Origin: Bispira polyomma
Lineage: Eukaryota
NCBI GenBank assembly: GCA_965649765.1
Contig: OZ287750.1
Span: forward strand, 58,652,001 to 58,716,000
Reading direction: 5' to 3'
DNA: 64,000 nt
The first letter of the stretch is position 1. Every line of letters begins with the position of its first letter. A model generated the notes under the pieces. That model was not told the DNA's origin, made no database searches, and saw nothing but the letters and a program-made list of their open reading frames with translations. Position numbers and translations under genes: made by a program. This document shows positions 12,101 to 24,100 of this stretch, one piece after another.

Positions 12101-15100
12101 AAGGAGAAGTCAGAGTCAAAAGTAACTCCTAGGTTCTTTGCACTGTCAGCAGGAACAATGCTTTTACCAAGAAGAGTAGACTTTCTTCAAGTCCTTTTCT
12201 CTCAAGCATTATATGAGGGCAGTATGACTTTCAAAACAGATACTGGTGCTGAGAAAAGTTTGTTTTTGCACACAGAAGACTTGCCCAATTCACATAGTGG
12301 AATCATAATGACTTCCTGCAAGGTGGATATGGATAAAATACAAAGACTTGTGAGCCAGTCTACAAGGAGAGTAGCAGCAGGGAAGAAGTCAAGAACCTTT
12401 TCCCTCTGATGTTTGAAGCCAATAAGTAGGAATTCTGTTTTGTCAGGGTTGAGTTTTAATTTTAAATTACTCATCCAAGATTCAATCGAAGACAGGCAGC
12501 TAGCAAGCTGTTCCAGGATCTGATAACAATTTTGGGGAGTTAGGGAGCAGTAGATCTGTGTGTCATCTGCATGGAAGTGATAGCTAATATTATGGTGTGA
12601 GGATGTTATACTTGCGAGGGGAGTAGTGTACACTGAAAACAGAAGTGGCCCTAGGACAGAACTTTGAGGGACACCGAAAGGAAGATCAGAGGGGGATGGC
12701 TTAGCTCCGTTGACCCTGATTATTTGATCACGGCATTCAAGATAGGATTTAATCCATTGAAGAACTGAGTCAGATAGCCCAAACCAAGAATTAAGGCATT
12801 CAGAAAGTATTTTGTGGTCAATTGTGTCAAATGCAGCAGACAAATCGAGGAGGGTTAGGGCAGCCACACCACCCCTATCTAATATCATATTGATGTCACT
12901 GCTAATTTTTAGAAGTGCTGTTTCAGTTGAGTGGAATTTTCTGTAGGCTGACTGGTGTGTATTTCCCATATGGTTGGTGTACAGGTGTTCCATTATTTGG
13001 AGAGCAATAACTTTCTCAATCAATTTGAGACAAAGCTTAGATTTCATACGGGTCTGTAATTTTTAAGGTTATTATGTCCACCCCAGTGGGGGGTGGACAT
13101 ATTATTTTTGTTTTTTCTGTCCGCCGTCCGTCACGTTTGGTTTCCGGTCATTTCAAGGAAAAGTATTTATCCTATGTTTACCAAATTTGGTGTGGGTGTT
13201 TATTGGGTTAATAGCTTGCATGGGATTGCTTTTGATGAAGATAGCTCCATAGCTAACTGAGTAACAGCTACTTACTTACTTTTATGTACTTCTTTTGTTT
13301 CCGGGCATTTTAAGGAAAAATATTTGACATATCTTTACCAAATTTGGTATGACCAATAGTTAGGTCAATAGCTTGCTTGGGTTTGCTTTTAATGATAATA
13401 GCTATATAACTGACTCAGCAATAGCTACTTAGCTAATTTTAGTAGTAATAGCTACATACCAAAAAACATAAATATGTCTATCTCCTAAACCGTGCGAGAT
13501 AGAGCGATTTCATCGAAATTTTCGACCCTCAGGGTACTTAAGTAATGTACTCTTGGCAATTTTCAAAAAGTTTTCCTCTCCCCAAAAATGGCGGCCATTT
13601 TGATTTTTCGAATTTTTGCCAAAAATGGAAAAACACAAATGTGCTTCTATCTCCTTAACCGTGCCAGATAGAGCGATTTCATCGAAATTTTCGACCCACA
13701 GGGTATCTAAGAAATGTACTATTGGCAATTTTCAAACTATTTCCTCTCCCCAAAAATGGCGGCCATTTTGATTTTTCGAATTTTTGCCAAAAATGGAAAA
13801 ACACAAATGTGCTTCTTTCTCCTTAACCGTGCCAGATAGAGCGATTTCGTCGAAATTTTCAACCCGCAGGGTATCTAAAAAAATATACTGTAGGCATTTT
13901 TCAAAAAATTTTCCTTTCGCAAAAAATGGCGGCCATTTTAAATTTTCGAATATTATGCCAAAACTGGAAAAACACAAATTTGCTTCTATCTCCTTAACCG
14001 TGCGAGATAGAGCGATTTCGTTGAAATTTTCGACCCACAGGCTATCTAATCAATGTGCTCTTGGCAATTTTCAAAAAGTTTTCCTCTCCCCAAAAATGGC
14101 GGCCATTTTGAATTTTCAAATTTTTGCCAAAACTGGAAAAACACAAATTTGCTTCTATCTCCTGAACCGTGGCGGCCATTTTGAATTTTCAAATTTTTGC
14201 CAAAACTGGAAAAACACAAATTTGCTTCTATCTCCTGAACCGTGCGAGATAGAGCAATTTGTTATTACTCTCACACACTGCCCATCAATTGATTTCTTCT
14301 GAGCTTTCAAAGAATTCACGCACAGATTATACAACGAACAATAGCTTTTTCTTGATCTCGCCTGAGTAGACACACCACATACACCCTTCCTTTGGTGTAA
14401 ATAAAAAATTAGGAAACTTGTGCACTCTTCTTTTGATACAAATAAAATAACATGAAGTTTATGCACTATTCCTATGATTTAAATAAATAAACTTTTGAAA
14501 CTTATACATAAACCTGAAAAAAAAATTGACCTTAATCAATTGTAAATATAGTTTATCATTACCTTGCATCAGATTTTTATAAATAATAGTTAAATTATCT
14601 GTTGTGAAGAAATTTTGCAAAATTGATGGCCAATTTTCCCACCCATCACTTTAGCTGATTGCCAATTTTCCTGATGGGATTTTTTGCTGATGGGATTCAC
14701 TTGATGGACATTTTTCCTGATGGGCTTTTTTCAGGAATCTATTACATGGTGTACACTACTAGGCAGTGCTTGTGTAAATGTGTTATGTACCATTTAGTTA
14801 GACAGCATTTTGTCCCCCTTGCGATTTTGACTGCCGTTTTGTCCCCTCTGTATTTTGTCCGACGACATTTTGTCCGTGCAGTTGAAATAATTTACATGTA
14901 TACTAATAAATTTTGGAGCATCGTTGATATATTTTACAAACAAAACATTCCAGTAAGACTACTGTGCAATTGTTCCAAAAGGTTCATGGGGTGGACATTA
15001 CACATGCTAATGTGTGTTTTTCTATGCTATCCTGTTTCTTTTCATATGTTGCAGCTACTCTTAACAGGGCGTCCTATTTCTAGTTTCTGTCTAGATTTGG

Positions 15101-18100
15101 CTTTTTGAGTATGGGGGTAACATTGGCAGTTCTGAACGATTTGGGGAAGCAGCCCTCTTGAAGTGAGTTCTTTATAATGTTTGTGATTGGAGTTAATATG
15201 ATATCTGTACAATCCTTCAGTAAGGAAGTTGGGATAGGGTCTAGGTCACATTGTTTGGAAGGGGATGAAGTAATGATTTTGAGGACTTCATCTCTGCTGA
15301 GTGTTCTGAACTTATTTAAGGTAACTGGTTTGTATGGTGGAGTTGGGGTGTTGAGAGAGGTGGATGCTTTGAAAGCCTTACAAATTTTATCAATCTTCCC
15401 AAAGAAAAATTTTCCAAATGAACTTGCAGCTTCAGAAATGTTATTACAGTCCGGTAGACCTGGATCTGTAACTTTATGAAGTATCTTCTTCACAGATTGC
15501 CAAAAATTTCCTTGAGTTTGTGCAACTTCTTGAGATGAGAGAATCGTAGTGATCTTTCTTAGCCTTTGACAGTAGCCTGTTGTGATGGTTGACAGCCGCT
15601 CTGTAGTGTGACCTATCAACCCCTGATTTAGTGTGGCGCCATATTCCCTCCAGGAACCATTTCCGCTTCTTGGCAGTGAGGATTTCTGGGGTGATCCAGC
15701 TGCAGTCTGGGTGGGACGAAACGTTTTTTTCCCAAAGGGGGGCATGATTGTCTATGATATCTCCCAGGATAGTTTTGTATTGATCACACAGATCAGTGAC
15801 ATCAGTCTTAGGGTTTCTGAGAATTTTGGAGGATGCAATGTCACTTTAAACTTGTCAATGTTGATTTTATTAATATTTCTAAACTTGATAGTTTTACCCA
15901 TTATGTATGTGTGAGGAAATTCAGGCGAGCCTGAAGAGATAGGTTTGAAGCTTTTTTCTAAAACCAGAAAGTGTTTCAAGCAATCTAAGTTCAAATTCTT
16001 AAATATCTTGAAAGGATAGATCTTTTACTGTAGCAAAATTATAATAAAATTATAAGCACACAAGAAACTTAGGCAATTTTTGTACTGTTATGTTCAAAAT
16101 TAGATGATCTGTATTGTCTTTTATTGTCTTAAATGTAGGTGATATTAAACTGACAGGGCTGTGGGGCATCATGGGTCAAGTGATAATCTATTAGAATTTG
16201 GCATGGATCCTGGTAGAACAGTGGATCCAAGAATATATTTGTACTTTTTGGCACTAGTGTGCTTTGGTGGAGGTATGCACTCGACTGAGCACCAATTCTA
16301 TTTATTCGTTTAAATATCTCTTTTTTTACTTTGGCTAGTGGAGAATGAAGAGAGCTAATACAGTAAAACTTCTATTATCCAAACATGTTGGGATAGTAAG
16401 ATTTTGTTTGGATAAATAAAGTTTCATAAAATAAGAGAGGTATTTCAGTATAAAACTTTAGGAAAACCGAAATGGGTTCATAAAATCGATATTCCGATTA
16501 TAGAAGTCTGGATAATAGAGATTCTTGTGTATTTGAACTTTTTGGAGTAATCTTTCAAATTAGTTGATAAAATGAAGGTACTGAAGTTCTACAATTTTAT
16601 TGTATAAAAATGCCTGATGGAGACAATTTGCTTCTAGATTCTATCGATATGTCAAACAAATACAAGTAAACGAGGAAGATTACATGACATTCAAATTGTA
16701 ACTTTAATAACACAGGATGCTAACTCAGTGAAGGAGGATATCAGATGACTTTGATTGATATTTATGCCCACAATGTTCAGGATCACTGTCTTTTTGCAAG
16801 TTTAATTGAACTTTCAAGATGTTGCTTTCCGGGTAAAAAAACTCATCACATTTGATGGATGATGATTTCAGTTTAAATCTTCCAGCATTTGGGGGATTTG
16901 AGTTGATGCATGATAAAGACAGTTTAGCTAAAGAAACTATTTGATGTGATAATGTGAAACTATGGAATCTGCCTTCATCAAATATTTTGCTTATTATATA
17001 TACTTTTTTAGACTAACTGGTTCATTTAACTTTTGCAATGACAAAAGTGATTCTTCTTCTTCTTATCTTTCTGGTGTATATTTTTGATGCTACTGGATTT
17101 TTTTGATCATGTAGATAAGGTCTTTGGGTTTCTGTGCTTCTGTTTGTCCTTATACTGAAGATACAACTGAGGTAAAACCTATTCTCTGAATACATTAAGA
17201 TACGGAAAGGTTTAGGTTTGTTTTAACCATGAAACTGTATTGTTAATTTAGGTTTAAGCATTATAAGTGTGGTGTGTGCCATATTATGTAACCATACAGT
17301 CATGTATGGCTGTTTCAGTAATCAGTGTTGTCATTTCCCCCCCATGTCAGGTGGGTAAAGGGTCAGTCAGGGTCGGACAAAGGAGGCCAGGCATCTTCTG
17401 TCTGGATAATCTCAGGCATTTGACCTTTAAACTTTAAATATTTGTTGCTACGGTGACCAATATAGTGTATACTAGTGGGTCACTCAGTAGAGCACTTAAA
17501 GGTGCGACAGTGAAAAAAAGGGTTTATATTTGATGTTACGACTCTGATTTTATGCTGTACTTTATAGATATTGGTCCAGACTTAGGTCAGGTGATCAGAG
17601 TTTAGATTTGATGTTACTACTGTGTTTGTATGCTGTACTTTACAGATATTGGTCCAGATTTAGGTCATGTGACCAGAGCTCATAGTAAGCTGATGGCCAC
17701 TGTGTATGTATGCTGTACTTTATAGATATTGGTCCAGACTAAAGTCATGTGACCAGAGCTCATAGTAAGCTGATGGCCACTGTGTTTATTTGCTGTACTT
17801 TACAGATGTTAGTCCACACTTAGGTCATGTGACCAGAGCTCATAGTAAGCTGATGGCTACTGTGTTTGTATGCTGTATTTTACAGATATTGATCCAGACT
17901 TAGATCAGCTGACCAGCGTTTAGATTTTATGTTACCTTATGTGTTTATATGCTGTACTTTACAGATATTGGTCCAGACTTAGGTCAGGTGACCAGAGCTC
18001 ATAGTAAGCTGATGGCCACTGTGGCATGTGCTTCAAATGTGCCAAAGTTCACGGTCATTGTAGGCAACAGTTTTGGTGCTGATAACTTCATGATGGTGGG

Positions 18101-21100
18101 TTTATTGCATTTTCTTTTTGTTTCTATAAGTGTAAAATATTTATCGATTTTTCATGTTGTGTTTTAGAAGATACCTAGCAGTAGAATTTTCAACCTCTAT
18201 ATATTATCCAAACATGTTATGAGAGGAAGATTTCGTTCAGATAATAGAAGGTTCATCAATTAGAAGAAGCATTTCTGTACAAAACAATAGGAAAACATAA
18301 ATTTGGGAGAGTGAAACTGAGTTCGTAAAATTAAATATATTCAGATAATAGAAGTTTGAATACTAGAGGTTCCACTGTACCTTACAGTTTACCTCCATAA
18401 TTTTTCTGTGACTGGTATTTTATTTGGTTTGCTTTCAGTGTGGTCGCTCCTTCGATCCTCGCTTCCTGTTCTCCTGGCCTAATGCCAAAGTATGTTTGAC
18501 TGACCCTCAGGAAATGACAACACTGGTTAGTATTGAACACTTTTAAACAGAGACAGAAAAAAGGGGTTTTATATGATGAATGTACACTAGTTACAGTTAT
18601 GTAAATTAAACAAGCAATACAAAAAAAAGTTTGAAATGCTAAACCAAACATGCACACCCATTAATTATTTTAAAAATAAATTCATGGAAAGATTACTGGA
18701 ATTTGATTGCCTAAGTTTGCATTGGGATAAAGTTGTCTTGGTGGAAAAAAAAAAAAAAATTCTGAAATATACAAAATATAGTTGTTAATAAATATAAGTA
18801 AAGTTAAACCACTGTCCAAAAATATTGGCAGAGCACGTTTTTGTTCAGAGAATACAAGGTTTATAAAATAAAAGGGATACTTTGGGTATAAAACAGTAAA
18901 AAAATATAAATTTGAATATATGTTCATAATTCCCCTGTCATCTTAATGAGGAGCGATAGTCTAGTTTCTGTGTCGAACTTTAGATCTAAGGGATCTGAGG
19001 GTTCAGGTTCGATCTTCACTGCAGGCCAGGAGATTATACCCTTGGACAAGGTACTTCACACAAAGTTGTCCCTCTTAACCCAGGTGTATAGATGGGTACT
19101 TGGCTGCTAATGACTGTTAGTCTGGGCACTGTATGTAGCAGCATGGCTAGTATGCTTCCTTAGGGAACTGAAGGTGAACAAGTGGGAGAACCCAGACTGG
19201 GGGTGTAAACAGGTTTACAGTGCTTTGAAATGAAGCGCTATATAAATGCAAACTTACATTTAATTTACACGTTCAATCCTTGATCTTATACTTCCTTGTA
19301 CTGTGTTGTATAATATTTGGTCACATATGGGGTGTTTTTTTTACCTTTGGAATTAGATTCAAGTGAATTCTGCAACTTTAACTAAAAGTGTGTTAACAAA
19401 TACATTGAATTTTGTAAAGTATTATTTTTGTCTCCTGTTCTGTTGGTATAGTGGAACTTCTCACATTCAATTAAACCAGTCAATAAGTTGGTAGAATATA
19501 ATTAAAGGGATATCTATAAAAGGCCTCATTTACTAGCATACCAATCATTGATCCATTATAATATGAGTAGTTTGATTGAGTTAGTCAAGTCTTTCTGCCC
19601 ATTGTGCATAATATTCAGGTGACCACTTGTTTATGCCAAGACGTCACATTATCTGAGCTGAGAGTCATCTTGTGGCTCTGACATAATATTTATACAGTTG
19701 TTGAGGTTCTGAGTAGCAGGTGATAGTTATTAATGTAGTCAGGACCCTTTTTTTTTTTACAAAGACCACCCCCCCCCCCCCCCCACCCACCCACCCATCC
19801 ATCTTAAACCCGTTGTTTTACTCAAAGAAAGGCTACAGTTCAAAGTCATTTTATATGGACAGATACTGTACTTGTAATTATTCATTATAGCCAAGCACTT
19901 CCTTTAAACACAGAATGAGATTCACAGGTCTAATTAACTCTACTCAGAGATATAAATGTAAATGATTGTAACATTGAACACGAGTCTAAGTTGAGTTTAC
20001 CATTTATAATAGAATATTACCATAAAGTTTTATCAGTGCCCAGGAGTTGACTGTAGTGTCACTTATCTTACAGAACCACTTCAAAAGTGTCAACACCCCA
20101 AGGCTAGAATGATTACAATATTTTATTAACTTACAGGAGAAAAACTGAAGTGCATATTAAATTTAAAACTATAAGCCCAAGGGAATTGTCAAGACCAAAG
20201 TGTTTTCTATTGAAAAATAAGACAATAGATTACTTGTGAATGATTTCCTGCAACACATCTTGCAACAACTAGCATCTATTGTGAGAGATCTCTTAAAGAA
20301 ATGGAATTTTATATTTGAGTTGACAACTTTAATAAGTCTTTTACCATTAATCGGTAAATTTAAATCTCAATATAGAAAGAAGAGCACTTACAATAGCACC
20401 ATATAGTAGTTATGATATAAATTGCAATATATTATTTCAAGATGGTAAAATATAATATGGACCAGATTTTCATGATCATAGTCATGACCAACTAGAGACC
20501 CCAGAAATGGTAAGGGAGGTTCAGGTAGAAAAGCTCTAGCAAATAGGTAGGTTTTCAGATTCTTTTTAAAACTGAGGATAATAACTTATTAAGCATAAAT
20601 TTTGTTCTTATATATATTGACAATACTGACCTGTTCAAATGTAAACCCGTATGGATGTATTTTAAAATGTCATGTGTGCCAAAGAGTAAATGAAATTAGG
20701 AAAAAGTTCCGAAAAAAACGTAATTAACTTTTAGCCGTAAACATTTACATCTTTTTTTGAAGTAGAATCCTATTGAAGTGTGAACATTGGTGTGACTGTG
20801 ACAGCTACTTTAACCTTTAAAACGACCTGGTTATTCTAATATTTTAGGAGTATAATGCTACTTTTAGTTTCTCTTTGTGTTGTGGTAATGCATCTTTTGT
20901 TCCAAACAAAGCTGATCTCTCTTGCGAGCCAATCCTTGCGCAAGACCAAATATAAATGTTTGAATGTCTGAACAAAGTGAAATTTTTTTACCATTATTCC
21001 AATAGAAAAAAGGTCTCTCTGTGAATAAGGCAGAGTTTTTATGTCAGGTGCAATAGTGGCCTTTCCTATTTTCCAGCGGTTCTACTGAACGTATTTTTGG

Positions 21101-24100
21101 AGAGGGTACCACTGAACCTTTGAAACAAAATTTGAGGGTCAATTTTTCATTTTTGGGGTTATGCGCAAAATCACTGTGGTTTTACAGCAATGGCTAAGAA
21201 CGGTGCCGCGGTGGCCTAGTGGTTAGCAAGCATTAAGCTTCACAATCGCTGGTCTCTCACCCCTGGGCGGCGTGAGTTTGACTCCCGTCCATGCCTATGT
21301 GGGAAAGCTGGTAGTTCCTTACTGTGGGCCGCTGCCTTTGGTGCAGAACCTTGATCAACTGTATGCAGTGTTTCCTCCAGCGTTTCCAACTACCCGTCCC
21401 AATATAACCTAAACAGGTACTAGAGTGGACGTTAAATATCCAAATTCAATTCAATGCAATGGCTAAGAATGGTGTTGAATACAAAATAAGATATGTCTGC
21501 AAAGATATGACCCCTAAATTTTTATTTTGTGCATAATTCGTGAAATTTGTGTTTAAATTTAAGAACGTATGTGCGTAAACAGAGTCGCTGCTATCCTCTT
21601 TTGTCTACAAAATAAATTGTGTTTGAATGATTTATTTCCCAGTCTCTCTCAACCAGATCAAAGTTGGTTGCTATGCAACTAAATTTTTTAAACAGGATAC
21701 ATCAGGGGTTAAGCATTCTGGAATCTGGAGATAAGCTTTTGTTGTAATCGTTGGAGCATATTTACATGCATCTCTTAAAGAAAAGTATAGCTATCTTACA
21801 CATGAATGCAAAAGGAAGTTCGTTTACCTGCGTGTTACAAAAAGGGGACTGTTTTAAAGAAAAAAAGATAACAGTTGTTGACATATATACCATATTTATA
21901 AAGCCGACATATAGTAAAAATGAGACATTGCATAACATAGTTATTTTCTAAGACAACCCTGTTTGCAATCTTTAAATTAGTAGTTAAATTGAGTAGAGAT
22001 GCCTAGAATATGTGGCTAAAAAAACAGGCTATAAAATGTGAGGGAGTCATTGGATCTTTCTGAAGTTGATCCCCAGCCAATCTCTGGTGAAGCTGCTGTT
22101 CAATTAACAGGCTGTTTTTCTATCTTCTCAAATGTATTCGTCATGAGTTTTTACTCAAATGTTGTATAAGTTAGTGCTTGTACTTTGTTACTTTTTTCAA
22201 CATAAAATGAGAGTGCAAAATAAAAAAAAAATTTATCCATCAGTCAGGGTTTTTTAAATACACCTAACTGAACCTAATTAAGCGATGCATTCATTTAAAT
22301 TCACAAGTATGACCATTGACCCTTCATTTTTGAGGCAATGCATTGTAATTTTACCTAATAAACCTAGTAAGGGCTTGTTTTACCGACACTCCGGTCTAAT
22401 ATTCATGAGGTCATACCGAGCAGATTTTATTTTTTTGTTGTGTGTATCAGGGGGAAAGCAGTAGATGACTTTGAGGTCCAGAGTTCATGTTTAAGTGCTG
22501 AAGTATGATGTGGTAATAGGATTTTTCAGTGTGGGAGAAGCTAAAATGTGAGATAAATCCCGAAATAAATTGTTTATGACAAGCAGGGGTAATGCAATAC
22601 AACCTTCCATAGATCCTCATCAGGTTGAAACTGTTTCTTGACTATTTGCATGCTAGATTAATGTATCACCCAACTTTCAAGTCTTTTTATGTGTTTTCAT
22701 CAGGAATAAATGTGTTAAGTTGATAGAAATAAAATGATATGTGTTGGTTGATTACATGTCTGGGTTTTAAAATGTTGAATCATCTAAAGTTGCAATTTTT
22801 TATCAAGAAGGAAGCAGTAATTGATCAAAACAGTTTAGAATGAGGTCACAAAGTGTAAAAATGTACAGCCGGCTATCAATTAGAAGAAAAAACCCTACTA
22901 TCAGGTTAGAATTATGGATCACCGACTATTAATTATAATGTAATCTGTATGAAATAACTTCATTGCAAAATTATTGTTAAATAAGTTATGCATTTGATAA
23001 AATAATATATCAAGTTTCAGAGCCACATGTGATGATTTTAGGTCACATTATATGAATACGATAGACACGGTATATGTTTATTTGCCCCCATCCATTTGCC
23101 CCCTTTTTTTACAGGGGCTATCATTTGTCCCCCTTTTTTTCAGGGGGTGTGTCAAAAGAAAAAACATTACATATCACAAATGATATACATGTAGCGTAAA
23201 TTACAATGAACAGTGATGAAGCCATCTGGTCTGTATATACAAACACACTGGTAGTAAGTGCAATTAAGACATGTCTTTGATTCTTCTATTATTATCTCCA
23301 ACAACAGTTTATACTTTTTATGTTTCTTTAGCTGATTGAAGTTATGACAGGATTACCCCTTCATCTTAATAGTCCTGAGTACAGTTGCAAAGGAATTAAA
23401 TAAATTACACCTGTATTATGGGTGTGATAAGAGGGCATAAACTCACACAAATACATTGATGCCTGCTGGGTGTGTGGTGGGGAAGGCCCAGATTAAGTAT
23501 AATTCCTGGCGTCTGCGCCTTTTAGTGGAATCTAGGTGATTATCCTTACCCATCCATTGGAAAATGCTGAACTCCATGTGTTTTACAGAATGGTCCTTCT
23601 GTGTAAAGTGTCTTGAGACAGGAGTGGATTTGTTTGGTAAGAAGTTTTGAACACTTCTGCAATGTTCATACATTCTTTGCCTGAATGGTCTTTTTGTTTC
23701 TCCAATATATTGGAGACCACATTTTGCACAATTAATAATGTATATAACATTATTCAATTCACATGTGATTTTGTGTCTGGGTGGGAGGTTAACACATTTG
23801 AAGACTTTATTACTATTAAAACTGGTGATGTTTTCCAGTTTGTTTATTCTTGGACAATAGGTGCACTTACCCAGTCTTGTACAGACTGGGATATGTGTCT
23901 GTAATTGCACTGTGTCCTGCTTAGGTGGAAAGAGGATATTGCTTGAAGTGAGCTTATCCTTTAAGTTAGGTAGTTTTCTGTATCCAATCAGTGGTTTTGA
24001 ATTGAAGATTTGAGTCAATTCTTGAGTATTCTGGATGATATTCCAGTTACCATTTATAAGTTGGTTGATTTGAGGGTTGAAGGGGTTGAACTGGGTGACC

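Noticed and set aside
13510-14466. ORFs of 72-172 aa in the satellite
   Set aside because: By-products of the 169-bp repeat, with no protein motifs.
21201-21295. tRNA gene (also ~11710-11803 and ~35722-35790)
   Set aside because: The A/B boxes run into a shared SINE-like body, with a tail and TSDs in the family A copies, so these are SINE heads.
22590-22630. Minus-strand CTGATGAG as a second hammerhead
   Set aside because: No stem II, GAAA or stem III follows.
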